Below are positions 38,841 through 51,356 of a stretch of 64,000 nt of DNA, one piece after another. The DNA comes from Camelus ferus (taxonomy: Eukaryota). Made by a program: the position numbers and the translations under genes. Every line of letters begins with the position of its first letter. Position 1 is the stretch's first letter. Under the pieces are notes generated by a model, which was given only the letters and a program-made list of their open reading frames with translations, had not been told where the DNA came from and searched no databases. Location of the stretch: assembly GCF_009834535.1 (NCBI RefSeq), contig NC_045697.1, positions 44,952,001 to 45,016,000 on the forward strand. The letters run 5' to 3'.

Positions 38841-38867
38841 TTTTTTTTTTTTTTTTTTTTTTTTTTT
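38841..38867. repeat. Poly-T run
   Basis: Direct observation. Confidence 0.95.
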
Positions 38868-38908
38868 CCGTAACAGTAGAGTTTCTCCAGAGAGAATCTA
38901 CTTATCTG

Positions 38909-39020
38909 CCTTATTCATTTTCAATGACTGACTAAAGCAATGAGCAAACTTGCATTTGTTGTCTGCTTCATACTAGGGCTTGAGAAAAGACAAGGGAGAT
39001 GGGATAGATCTCATCCCACC
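38909..39020 (+). repeat. Copy A of an unassigned ~112-bp diverged direct repeat
   Basis: Aligns by eye to 40365-40477. Confidence 0.85.
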
Positions 39021-39199
39021 ACATCTTTGCATCATCAGACTCAGAAACAAACAAGCAAAGCAGTTGAATTTCCTTTGGGATTTCCAGTGGGTGATTTCTT
39101 CATCAGCTATGACAGTAAATCTGTTCTGTAACTGACTCTTCTCCCTCCCTCTGCCATGATGAGGGATGTGATTGCAATTTCCATTTGTTTGATACAATA

Positions 39200-39540
39200 T
39201 CTTAATTTATATCCTCAGTCCCATGATGTTGGATATTTAAGTTTTTCCTTTTTTACTATTATAATAATTATAATTAGTAAATTTTTGAGGCATTAAACAT
39301 TTTTCAGTATTTCAGCTTTATATCCTTAACCCTGTTCTAAAATTACTGGATCAAAGGATAAGTATAGTTTGAGGTTCTCAATACATTTTGCTTATATTTT
39401 TTCCCAAAAGAGTTTTTCAAATTTATACTCTCTCCTGTAATGAATGAAAGTGGCCATGTTTGTGATGTCATTTCCAAGACTAAGTGTTAACAATTATAAA
39501 ATAAATCCCTGCTAATTTGCTAGGTGATAGGCTGTTATAG
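39200..39540 (-). mobile_element. Old L1M fragment
   Basis: TTGGATATTTAAG...AAATTACTGGATCAAAGG...AATTTATACTCTC. Confidence 0.6.
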
Positions 39541-40364
39541 CATTTTTACACATTTTATCCTCACCTCTTAAGGACATCTGTAGACTGACCAAGAGTGTTC
39601 ATCTGTCTGTAAAAGTTTTAACTGGGCTAAAAATCTGTTAGAGATGGCTCTAAATGTTCTGGTAGTTCCTATAATTCTTGGCTACCCTGAGCATTATTCC
39701 CACTTACAAGGTACACAGTTGTACTTCAAAAATGGATAGTTATAGATAATGTGGGCAGTGTCATCTTCGTGTAGGAAGAATGACTCCTTGTAAGAGAGAT
39801 GGCAGCTGGTGGCCCTAGGGAGAAAAGAAAGGCAAGAAGATGTTTGATTAGGGGTAAGTCATGTCATCTGGGGAAGGATGAGCTCACTGAAATTTACTAA
39901 CCATAAATCATAGTTTTTTGACCAAAGGACTGCTAGAGAGTGTAACTAAATGCTTGCTTTCTTTTGCAGCTTAAAAAAAAAAAATCACACATAATCCTCT
40001 AGGTAAAGGCAGGGGACTGGAAAGGAGGGAAAGACACAGCAAACGCCTACCTTTAAATCAGGACACTCTGAATGCTCACCGGGACTCACTTGAGCATCTC
40101 TGTCTTTCATGACATTTGGTTGTCCCTCTAGCTGTCTGCCTTTCCCGAGCATGTATAATGCAGAACGCAAAGTTTGGATTTCAAATCGCCATTTGGAAAA
40201 TCATAATTCTGAAGTTCCCGAGAGTAGGATGTTGCTATTTGTGGAAAATGCTTCTCAAACAATTTCTAGCACTTCACAGGTATTTTCTTACCAATCACCA
40301 TGCATTTTTGTTGCTATTCTTTAGCAGGAAAGTTGGTCTGGTGAGATGAGGTTCTGCTGCTCTC

Positions 40365-40477
40365 CCTTATTCATTTTCAGTGCTAACTAAAGCAATCGAC
40401 AAATGTGTATTGTTGTCTGCTTTGTGCCGGGCCTTGAAAAGGACCAAGAAGGGTGGCTGACAGAGTCTCATCCCACC
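40365..40477 (+). repeat. Copy B of an unassigned ~112-bp diverged direct repeat
   Basis: Aligns by eye to 38909-39020. Confidence 0.85.
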
Positions 40478-42146
40478 TGATCCTTCTGGTTAGGAAAAAA
40501 AAACTCAAGGTGATTGATAACTAAATGAAGTTCTGCTTTCACATAGATTACAGTCAAGTTTGGTAGAGAAACATGTTGCACCAATAATGGAGTTGCTTCA
40601 GTGGGTGATGGTTAGGTACCAAATGTTGGGGTACAAATGTGAATGCAGACCAAGATGAGTAAGTAGCTGAAATTCTCTAGAGTCTAACAATTTAGAAGGA
40701 GCTTATAAATTATTCTTATTTGAGCTTCACCAAAACCCCACTTGGTATTATAGTCCTCACTTTACAGCTAAAGAAACTGAGGCTCAGTTTTTAAATAAAT
40801 TTTAAATAAATATCTTGTCAAATAGAACCCCACGAGTAAGGGCATAGACAGGAATAAACATCACGAGTTCATGACTCAGTGAGGAGATCTGCCTACATGG
40901 AATAGAGGATTCTACAAAGTGATTTGCAGAGAATATGATTTCAGAGGTAGGGTGGAGCCTTGGGAACTAAATCAGATGTCTTCGATTTTTTTGAAAAGTT
41001 TTTAGCAGGAATATGATGTATTAAAAGTGATGCCTGGCATAGGTATACAGGTTGAATTGGAATGAGAACTTGACTTAGAGAGGATGGCTAAGTAATATTG
41101 TGATGGCCAATATGGGATCCACTGGACTCAGATTTGGATGGGAGGGTGGTGGAGGATAGAGACGAGAGGATCCGAATGAAGGAAACATCAAAAGAGAAGT
41201 GTGGAGGTCTTCGTAGTGACCTGGACATAGTTACTGGCAAAGGAGGGGAGAATAAAAGGTGGTCTGGGTTTGAGGCTGGGGACAAGAAGAATGGCAATTC
41301 AGCTGACACAGAATTGGCTCCTTGAATTCCCCAGCAACCAAGCAATTCTCTGAAAGCATTTCTGGTGCTGGAGGAACACAGGATTGAAGGGTAGTTATGA
41401 AGCAAGAGTTTTCAGGCTTGTTTATCATCACCAAGTTAATTCAATGAGGGAAGCTATCAAATAAGAGGTAGGGAGAGTAACTTTCACCAAAATAGTACTT
41501 CCACTGTTGGTGAGGGGGTTCTCTGTTATAAGAACAATACCACTAAACTACTTTGTCCAGTTTTCTGCCTTGCTTGGAGGTGGTATTTTTGTCAAGCTGC
41601 AACATAGGACAGATAGAAACTAGGGTTCTTTAATAACAATATTTTCATTTGTGAAGATTTGTAAAGTTTTCCATCTCCTTGAATAGAAGTAGCTATAACT
41701 TCTATGACAATGTGTATTTCTCTGGCTTCTGCTGACTAGCACAGCTTCCAAATGCACCTTTGAAACAAGTTACTGCTATTTTAGGAATGTGGTCATTTGA
41801 ACAAGTCAGTAATAACAGAGGCCTTTGAATATAGCGTCATAAGCAGATTTCAGTATAATTAGTAGCTCATGGAATAATTATATTCCCATGTTCCAGAGTT
41901 TTCTTACTTAAATGAGAAGTAGAATATAGGGGAAATATTATATAACTAGATTTCACAGCTTTTGGTGAATAATGGTGAAGAGGCTACATGAGATATTGTT
42001 CACAGACTTAGAGGAATCAGAATTTTAAAGTGGCCTTTTAATTTACATGAGTCCTTGAGTGAGGCAACAAGCAAAATGGTAATAGGAGTTTTTAAAGTCC
42101 TTTTGTTCCGGAGCTTTTTTTGAGTGCATGAGACCTCGAGCCAATA

Positions 42147-42629
42147 CAGACAGTCCCTGACTTAACGATGGTTTGACTTACGATTTTTTGACAGTGTGAA
42201 AATGATACGCATTCAATAGCAACCATACCTTGAATTTTCAATTTGGATCATGGCTGAGGATGCGTACGATAAAGCCTCGTGGTACTGAGGAGCAGCAGCA
42301 AGTCGCAGCTCCCAGTCAGCCATGGGGGTGAATGACCAACACACTTACAGTCGCCCTGTACTCGCTAACCATTGTGGTTTTCACTTTCAGTACCATATTC
42401 AATAAATTACATGAGGTATTCTACACTTCATTATCAAATAGGCTGTCTGTTGGATGATTTTGCCCAACTGTAGGCTAAGGATAGTGTTCTGAGCACGTTT
42501 CAAGTTGGCTTGGCTAAGCCATGATATTCGGTAGGTTAGGTGTATTAAATGTATTTTCAACTTAGCAAAAATTTTAACTTACGATGTGTTTATTGGGGTG
42601 TAACTCCATTGTGAGCCAAGGAGGATCTG
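42147..42629 (-). mobile_element. TcMar-Tigger MITE (MER47/Tigger5-like) with TA TSD
   Basis: Termini TA|CAGACAGTCCCTGACTTAACGATGG and GAGCCAAGGAGGATCTG|TA. Internal GATGATTTTGCCCAACTGTAGGCTAA and TTCGGTAGGTTAGGTGTATTAAATG are diagnostic of MER47. Confidence 0.9.
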
Positions 42630-43214
42630 TATCTGTAATCAGTGGCTTCCAGATGCAGAATCTTTGATCTTAAATGAAAAAAAAAAAAAAAAAAAAAGGA
42701 ATGTAACCAATGACCTTCGAGTGTCGGGGGCAGAAGAGAAGCTGAGACCTCTTTCTTCCTGCTCTTCTACCTCCTCCTCCATCCGATGACTGTCTTGCAC
42801 GTTCTCCTATCTTTGTGAGGTTATTTATATGGGCTTTCTGCTCTGGAAGTTATTATATGTTGTGTCCTGAAAGTGTATTCCAGTTTCTTTACAGCAAGTT
42901 GACAAGCATTTCCTGAAAACCTACTGTATGACCCATGCTAGTTCCTGTGCAAAAAATCTCCTGTTGACTGAGTCTGGCTGTTTGTCTCTGTGGAAACCTT
43001 GATGGAAAGCAAAGTAACACCCCCAGTCGGATGCCATTCAGTTTGGACAATGCTGGTTCAAGAGTTCCTTAGTGAATTAGTATCGTATGTTACTGAGACT
43101 CCTCAATATTGAATTCCTTTCAGCAAGTATGAGCCTTCCCTGATGTATATATAAAATATCATACATATCTCATGCCGTAAATATATATGCCAGAGGCTAC
43201 TATTAAGGAAACAG

Positions 43215-43425
43215 AGACAGAATGTAGTGAATAGTGAAAAGAGACTTGAACTGAGGATTTCTAGACTGGAATTTCCCTAACCTGCTGGGAGGCTTTGTCC
43301 TGGTTGTCTGACTTTGGGCAAATCCTTTGGTTTCTCTGGACCTCAGTTTCCCCATCTGTAAAATAAATGGTCGGGCTGGAGGTTGCTTGTAATTTCTGCC
43401 CTTTCCCCTAGCTTGAACATTCTGT
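43215..43425 (+). mobile_element. MIR
   Basis: GACTTTGGGCAAATC...CTCTGGACCTCAGTTTCCCCATCTGTAAAAT. Confidence 0.85.
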
Positions 43426-45509
43426 TATCATATCTTATTTAACTTTTGTTAGGAAAAAGTGGTGCCTTTTATACTCTCAGAGCACAGTAAACTGATGAAA
43501 CTGTATTAAGTTGATAGTATTAGTAAAGGATGCTTTGCTTGCCATTCATAAACATACTTTTCCCACCATCACTGGAAAATAAGTCTACTTGAATGGATTA
43601 TTTGCGTAATGTCACTCTCGTGCCTCTTTTAACGTGGGGTGTTTCGTATATAGAAAGTAAGTGTAACTTTTTTCAAAAGAGATAAAACCTCAGAGTTTAA
43701 TCGGACCGTGTCCTGCGTCTGCTGTCTGGGGACAGTGTATTTTCGTTTCATGGAGAATGATTTTTTTTCATCAGACTAATATGGACACAGTGTTATTTCC
43801 ATGGTGGGAATGGAGAAATGGGGAATGAGGTTGGCATGGAGGGCTGGGGGAATACAGAGGAGAGCGAGCTAGGTGGGAACAAAATGAACCCTATTGAGTC
43901 TGTGTTCCCTTTAGAAAGGAAAAAAAAAAAGACACAGCTGCTCCTGTGACTTGAAAATGAATAAATAAAGATTTGTTGTTTAATTATTCAGTTACATGCC
44001 CCCTGTTAGTCATGAGACTGAAGGGAACTGAATAGTCTATTTAAATTAAACTGTCACAGGGCATTCTTTGGGGCCTTGCTGCTTCTCTGACTCGCCCTGG
44101 GAAGTTTGCTTTCTGTTTTGGCATCAGCCCAAAGATGATGGTCCTTCTGTCCTTGACTGCGGTGGGCGTGGTAAAACTTATGGGGTGGGGAGGGAGTAGG
44201 GTGTGGAGCAGGGGGGAGACTGGGGACACCTGTATTTATCCTCCGAGACTCAATCAGTGAAACACACACCCTGTGAGAATGTAAACTCCGGCCTGGCCCT
44301 GTGATAGGCTGTACCCTGTAATTCTAGGGCAAAATCATCATTCCTTTGGTAACTTTTGAGACCTGTTCTTTTGAACCAAAGTTGGACTCTTCCACAAAGT
44401 TTCCTACCCAGAGTTTAAAGCTCCCTGTGATCTTTCCTGAATTCACTGCAAGCTTTTATTCCATTGCCAAAGCTCTGTGGCCTTCAGTTACAGGACCCAG
44501 GTGCAGTTTTGCTAGCAGCTAAATCTGGTCCCTTGATAACTACCAAAGGAAATGGCTTCCAGCGGAGGATGCCCTGGCCTTGGGCTTGTTGTGTGGTGAG
44601 ACTACCAATTGCTGCCTTTGATGTTTGTCTCAAATGCCTAGGAATGAAGATATTTTAGTCTAAGGTTTTTTTCCCCTACCCCTCATGTGAATTTGAAGTT
44701 GCACATAGATGGTTCTAAAGGGGAGCAAGTAGGTTGACTGAGGTCACAGTTCCTCTCTGGGTCTCACCTTCCTCATCTGATCAAGAAGAGGGTTGTCTGA
44801 GGTCATTGCCAGCTCCAGCACACTGAGCTACCACAGTATCCACATCTTTATCACTGTTTTTCTACCAAGTTCCTGCTGAAATCCCATCTACTCTGTGAGG
44901 CCTCTTTGTCCAGACTCTCCTGCCGCCATCAAAATTAATGTCTCTCTTTGCAGTATCATCTCGCCACGTTCTATAATGAGCCTCATCACAACTCACTTTG
45001 TGGTTTAGGCCTTGGATCTATGTCTGTCTCCCTGAGCAGACTGTTAACTCCTGGATACCGGGACAGCTCATGTCTTATTTATCTTTCCATTTTTCCCGGC
45101 ACTCTCTGCACTGCAGACAGGCACTGGAGAAATGTCTGAGTTGAGCAGAACTTCTCACTTGCAGGAAACAATCTGTAAGCGGGTCCTTAGGAATACAACA
45201 GGTAGAATCTCCAATTCTATTAACCTCTTTAGATGCTTAGCCATTGAGGAAGCCATTAGCTCCTTGCTCCCAGACCAGTGTTAATTAAAAGGACAGTTGG
45301 CTCCGAGAATTCTAGTTCCTTAATGCATTTTTAAAGTTCTGTAGCAAATAAGGTTATTTCAATTCCTGCAGATTAATGACCCCACAGAGAAGCAGCCTGT
45401 ACAGGTAATCCAGAGACAGCAAGTCTTGGAATCCACTGAAAACAGAGACCAGTCAGAGATTTTTTTTTTTACCCTGTTGCTGCAGAAAATTGAAACGGTA
45501 TCATTTCAG

Positions 45510-46010
45510 TGTATTCTTCCAAGATATATTAGTCCATGGTATATTCAAGGTGTGGCAAGATGCACAAAGATGGAGAGAACACAGCCTCGGCTCTTATGAG
45601 CTAGCAGCTTTATAGACATTCATGAGGAATCGCTTACATGACTCTAATGTGAAGCTGAGTTTAATCATTGCAATTAGCAAGTGAGAAAAATGCCAGTTAT
45701 GGAATTCAAAGGAGGGAAAGCTCACATCTGACTGGAGTAATTCCAAAAATGCTTTCAGAATGTAGAATTTGAGAATGGCATTGGAGGATAAATACAATTT
45801 TATTAGATAGGGGAACTGTATGAGCAAGGTGAGGAAGTGGGAAGACCTGAAGAAATAATAGTCTAGCTTTTTCAGATTGGAGATTATGTTTGTCAGGGTC
45901 ATGGGAGATAAGGCAGGGGAGGGAGTGGGGTTCATGCTGTGGAGGAGATTGAATTCCAAATGGATGGCTTGTCCTGAAATTGGTAGGCAGGCAGTAGGAT
46001 GTGAGAAAAA
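45510..46010 (-). mobile_element. L2 fragment
   Basis: Degenerate antisense L2 3' region. Confidence 0.5.
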
Positions 46011-46039
46011 ATTTTGGTAGGGGAGTGAATATTTTAAGC

Positions 46040-46249
46040 CAGAGATCGGCAAACTTCTGCCGGTGGACCCAATCCAGCCTGCTGCTGTATTTTATTGGAA
46101 CGTAGCCCAACCCATTTACGGGGTCTACGGCCACCTTAGAGTGACTTGGGAGAGTTGAGTAGTTGTGACAGAGACACATGGCTACATGGCCCACAAAGCC
46201 TTGGCTATTTACTATCTGACCTTTTCTAGGAAAGTGTACTGACCCCTGA
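46040..46249. mobile_element. MER58A-like hAT-Charlie MITE
   Basis: TIRs CAGAGATCGGCAAACT / TGTACTGACCCCTG with internal GAGTTGAGTAGTTGTGACAGAGAC...GGCCCACAAAGCC...TATTTACTATCTG. Confidence 0.88.
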
Positions 46250-46705
46250 TATAAATGTCATTCATTCATTCAGCCATCTACTCATTTACTCATTTATTGA
46301 TTCATTCAGCAAACACTCAGCATTTAATGAGTGCTAGGAATATGTCCTGGTATTTTTTTTCCCCGTCATTTAATTTAAAGTTGGATCCTTATTCAAATTG
46401 CCCTTTAGAATTGGTCAGAGATATTTAAATTCTTGTGTAATCCATGATTAGACATGCAGTTTCTTCAAATGTCAGGAAAATGTTCCTTTTTCAAACATTC
46501 TTGGCTAATCTTACCAGGGCTAAAGTTCAAGCAATGTTTGTTATCAGTGATGCGAGTAGAAAGTGATAATGTAAGATAATAAATAATGCAGCAGAGAGGG
46601 TTAACCATAATGTAAGTTAAAGACAGGAGGCCAACTGTACTATAGAAGTAAGAATTAGTTTGGCTTCTTTATTGATAACTGCTTGTCTTAACTTTCCTTC
46701 TGAGA

Positions 46706-46858
46706 GGGGCGGGATATAGCTCAGGGGTAGAGTGCATGCCTAGCATGCACGAGGTCCTGTTTTCTATCCCCAGTACCTCCATCAAGAATAAATACATAAA
46801 TAAGGAAACCTAATTACCTCCCCCAGAATATAAATAAATAAAAATAAACATTAAAAAA
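46706..46858 (+). mobile_element. tRNA-derived SINE, camelid Vic-1-like, full length with TSD
   Basis: The tRNA-Ala-like head GGGGCGGGATATAGCTCAGGGGTAGAGTGCATGCCTAGCATGCACGAGGTCCTG has a degenerate B box and is followed by an AT-rich (AATA)n tail. TSD is AACTTTCCTTCTGAG (46690-46704) / AACTTTTCTTCTAAG (46864-46878). Confidence 0.88.
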
Positions 46859-47025
46859 GCTCCAACTTTTCTTCTAAGGAAAGATGGGAGCGGAAGGAAA
46901 GAGTGTGGTCCAGTCTCCCCACAGCCTCACCTCTACAACTGTTGTCACCACTGCTATGTCTGCCGCTTCTGCTATTACTTCTCGTGGTGTTCAGCTCTGG
47001 AACATGAGCGTAATCCTATGAGGAC

Positions 47026-47418
47026 TGTATTCGGTTGCTAAATCTGCCATCTCAAATGTCAGAGATCAGGTGGCTTAAACAACAAAATTTAATTTCCTCA
47101 CAATTCTGGAGTCTGGAAGTTCAAGATCAAAGCGTCAGCAGGGTTGGTTTCATGCTGAGGGCTCTCTCTGGCTTGCGGATGTCTTCTCTCTCTGTCTTCA
47201 CGTGGTCTTTTGTCTATGTGCCCACATGTCTGTGTCTTAATGCCTCTCCTTATAAGGACACCAGTCCTATCAGATTAGGGCCCACCCTAATGACCTTGTT
47301 TTACTTTAATCACCTCTTTAAAGACTGTCTCCAAATACAGTCACGTTTTGAACACTGGAGGTTGGGACTTCAATATACAAACAGGGAGTGTGGCAGGGAG
47401 TCAATTCAGCCGGTAACA
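47026..47418 (-). mobile_element. MaLR solo LTR (MLT1A/B-like), near full length
   Basis: TG...CA ends. GGTGGCTTAAACAACA...CTCACAATTCTGGAGTCTGGAAGTTCAAGATCAA...TATAAGGACACCAGTC...GGGCCCACCCTAATGACC. Confidence 0.9.
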
Positions 47419-47814
47419 ATGTGTAATTTGTAGGATATGTGCTTTGTTTTTATTTTTAAAAGGCTATTTGTGAGAACCTATTGCATTTTAAGCACACTAA
47501 TCTCTGTTCCATTTATGAGCAAAAATTGTGACATCATGGCTTGGAACAGAGAGAAATCAGTCTGTGCATGTATTAAGCCATGGTGTCCATCTCTTTGGCA
47601 CCATCCTTTGCCTGGCTGACCTCCAGCCCCCTCACATCAATGCTGTTGGACTCATTTTTCTAAAGAGCAACTCTGAGTATGTCTCTCCCACCACTATGAG
47701 CATTTTAAGGGAAGGGACTGTGTCCTTGGACCTCAGGAGCCTAGCTCATTGCCTGGTGCACAGCAGGTACTCAGTGAATGTCTATGGAAATGAAAGTGAG
47801 ATCCCACATGCATG

Positions 47815-48170
47815 AAATAGGTGCTGCTCTGGTTACTGACGTTGCGCAGTAAGTGCCTCGACAGTGTAGTCGCTCCAAAGAGCAACCGTTTTATTATTCA
47901 CAGATACTGTGGGTCAGAAATTTGAACGAAGCACAGCAGAGATGGCCTGTATTTGCCCTGTGTGTCAAAAACTCTGGCTGAAGAGACTTGAAGGCTTGGA
48001 ATGACCTGATGGTTGGGACCTCTGAGCTCACATCCCTTGTGCCTGGGCTGGGCTGACTTGGCAGTGCCACCTAGACCGCCTGCTTGTGGGGTCTCTGTGG
48101 GGTTTGAGCCTCACAGCCGCAGGGTAATCAGACTTCTTACCCACTGGCTCAGGGCCCCAAGCACAGGTAT
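47815..48170 (-). mobile_element. MaLR LTR (old MLT1)
   Basis: TATTCACAGATACTGTGGGTCAGAAATTTG...TCAGACTTCTTAC...GGCTCAGGGC. Confidence 0.6.
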
Positions 48171-48199
48171 ATGTGTATATTTAAATATACAGTAATACC

Positions 48200-48410
48200 A
48201 TCATATGCGATATATATAGAATCCACACATGCATATATGCACACACACATAGTTAAACTCTATGTATAAAAAGAGACTGAGAAAAATACACCATAATAAT
48301 AATACTAGTTCTCTTTTGGCTGTAGGACTATGGGTATTTTTTCTTTTCGCCATGTTTTAGTATTTATCAAATTGTCTATAATTAATAAGAATTACTCTTT
48401 AATGAAAAAG
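48200..48410 (+). mobile_element. Old L1M 3' fragment
   Basis: AAAGAGACTGAGAAAAATACACCA...AATTACTCTTTTAAT. Confidence 0.5.
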
Positions 48411-49764
48411 TATACTTACTAAAATTTATAAAGTAAATTATTAAACTATTCATCCCTTGACAAGTTACTCATAACAAAACAGTTGACACTTCCCACTGTC
48501 TTTTGGAATAAACTCTGTCATAGAATTACTGCAAAAATTAATGAGGCACTTGGGAGAAAGAATATTCTAAGAACATACTTCTCTTTCTGGAAACTGAGAA
48601 CAGAAAGTCAAAATCTAAAACTTGGCTAGTCTATGAAGAAGTGAAAAACTATCTAATAAAAGGTAAAAAAGGAATATAGAACAGTTGAAAATACAAAGTT
48701 CTAAACACACATATCTTTTAAACTCTGTTTCCAGAAGGATTATGCTAATATGGCGACACTGATTATCTTTGGGTCTTAGACTTCTAAGTGCCTCTTGTTC
48801 TTTTATTAATACTTTGCTGGGTTTCAGTCATGATGATATATTACTTTAATAATCAGTAAAAAAGAGAGAGACAGAGTGTGTTTGAGAGCTAGCGTGCCAG
48901 TGATACCAACAGAGAGGTCACATCAGGGTCCTGACTTGGATTTGGGTTTGGTTAGCATAATTTCTGCTAGGAAATTTCTTTCAATAAGAAAGGTAGCAGA
49001 ATTGGAACATTTTTTCCCCCAAATTGAGCTTGGTCCCTGACCTGGGTTTGTTCTCAATAATCTGGAGCTTTTTGAAAGTGAAGAACAGCCATTGTCCCCA
49101 CAAAGGCATAAAACAAGGTTCAGCTGCAGACACCTGTGGCATACGGACAGTGGGCTTGGGCAATGAATGCAGCCCACTTGTGTTTTCTTTGGGATATTTA
49201 GAAAAATATTTAGAATTCTGGCTTCTAAAAACAATCTTAAGATGTCTGGTATGCTTTCCAGGATGCACCAGCTACTGGTGTCGGGGAAGCAGGTGGTAGC
49301 TGCCACTCACCCTTGTTATTTCCAAAACTGTCGTAGGCTTGCGGTTGCAAGTCATCGTCACACTTGTACTGCTCCTTTGAACAGAAGGCCGGACCATGAG
49401 CACCTCGTTTTCAAGAAGAGCTTTCTTGAGGAAAGGTGAGGAGTTAATAAATCTTTGATATGAATGCACTGGCCTGTTTACTCATTTAGGTCACCTACCC
49501 ACCCCGTACTGATTTGAAGGGGTGACCCTCGTGTGGACATCGGGGAAGTGGTGCTGAGAGTCTCCCAGGGGATAATAGAACCCAAAGGAAACAGGCCTCA
49601 CAGCCCAGGACCAGCTGAGCGAGGTGAGGGGAGGGCGACAGTGTAGGGATCCTACCGCAGCCCTCTGTCATCCTCCCACGGGTTCTGAGGAGCTCTTTAC
49701 CCTGGGGAGAAGCTGAGTCAGCCGGAGGGCCTTGGTGACACTATGGAAGCAAAGAGCCCTCAGG

Positions 49765-50125
49765 TCTCAGTGTCATAAGGCAGTGGGTTTAGTTTCTTCC
49801 TCTCACCACACATGTCCATTGTGTGTGAACTGTGGCCTCTGCTCTGTGTCGTTGCCACTTCAGCATCTTAGCTGATGAAGCAGACACTTTGTCACCAGGA
49901 ACACTGCCAATAGCTCGGGTAGTGGGAAAGAGAACTATGGCCAGTTGCTCACTGGCTCTTCAAACTTCTGCTTAGAAATAAGATATATTATTGCTGTTAA
50001 CATTTCATTGGCTAAACATCACACGGCCATGCCTAACTACGACAAAGATTATGCTTCCTACACCCCTACGACGCCCAGAAGTCAGAGGTGGAAATGTCTG
50101 GCAGGTAGCACTAAGGACCAGGGCA
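49765..50125 (-). mobile_element. MaLR LTR (MLT1K/L-like)
   Basis: CTGGCTCTTCAAACTTCTGCTTAGAA...CATTTCATTGGCTAAA...CACACGGCCATGCCTAACT. Confidence 0.6.
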
Positions 50126-51177
50126 TAAACCTCTAGAGGATCTCTCTTAATTTATTGGTACTGCAAAAGGAGTTTGAATCAGTCCACCTTAATTGAACTT
50201 TAGAAAAGGATTTCTGATAAAAATTCGCATGACCCGTCACGTTGACAGCCAAAGAATCAAAGACCATGTGCTTGGACGTGAACTTTGAGGAAGTGGATCC
50301 TGTTTGTCCAGTAGAAGCTGCCCTTTGGCCAGCTAAGCTTAGTGAACTTTTAAAGGATTTCTGACCCAAAGCATTAAAAATCATTCCCCTTGTGACAGCA
50401 CGGCAGAAGGACTGACACTTTTGTTTTCTTCCAGAAAGAAAAAAGATAGAATACCTCCTTTGGCCCTTCATTGCTTCTTTCTCATCTCACCCTGAAAATG
50501 GCTTTCAGCATATATGCTTTTTGATGTCGCATGATTTGAATGTATTGACAATTTAGTGTATTCTTTTAAACTCCCATAAATCCTACACAGACATTCCCCA
50601 AGTATGTATAGTGGTAGTGAATAGCTTGCTAGGCCTTTAAAATTAGATCATCAAATAACCAAGTGTGATTTCAGAAGACTCTCAGGACTTCTAATCACTA
50701 AGTCAGTGTACTTGACTGGTTTATGCTCTCCTAAGGGAATGCATCAGTGTTGTTCCCTGAAGGATTTTGGTGGTGCAGGGGTATTCAGACAGCTTAATCT
50801 TCCAGGGGAATTTTAGCTCCTGAAAAGTCACATCTACTGTTATCAAGATTTAAAGTACTTCTGTGTGTTTTGTTTTTGTAGAGAGAAGAAGGTTAATTAT
50901 TGAATGTTCATACAAAAATAGAAGTATACTGCCCGAAAATGTGACCAGCAGCTGGGAGTAGTGTGGTCTGACTGGTCATTTATTTTCTTTAGTCAAGAAG
51001 GGGTAATGAGAAATATTTCTATGTATTAGTTAAATAGAAGATATATAAGACACAGATAAGTGAAGTTCCACATGTTGGGGCAAATAAACGACGTAAAAGT
51101 TCTATTTTGTTCATGTATAATTTGAAGTTCTTTTATTTTCATCAAGAAATGAAAAATCCTTTTGTGGGTCTCTTTAT

Positions 51178-51356
51178 TGTTATCATTTTTATTGAAGTTT
51201 AGTTAATTTACAATGTTGTGTTAGTTTAGGAATACAGCATAGTGATTCAGTTGTGTATATCTATGTGTGTGTGTATGTGTGTGTGTGTGTGTGTGTATAC
51301 ACTCTTTTATACCCTTTTTCATTATAGGTTATTACAAGATATTGAATATAGTTCCC
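51178..51356 (-). mobile_element. Short young L1 3' end, antisense, with 15-bp TSD
   Basis: TTTTATTGAAG...TACAGCATAGTGATTCAGTT...TTACAAGATATTGAATATAGTTCCC. TSD is TGTGGGTCTCTTTAT (51163-51177) / TGTGTGTCTCTTTAT (51357-51371). Confidence 0.92.

Noticed and set aside
45594..46194. 152- and 162-aa minus-strand ORFs
   Set aside because: They lie over L2 and MER58 remnants.
46706..46782. Possible tRNA-Ala gene
   Set aside because: The degenerate T-arm/B box, AT-rich tail and TSD mark it as a SINE. The same applies to 53546-53628.
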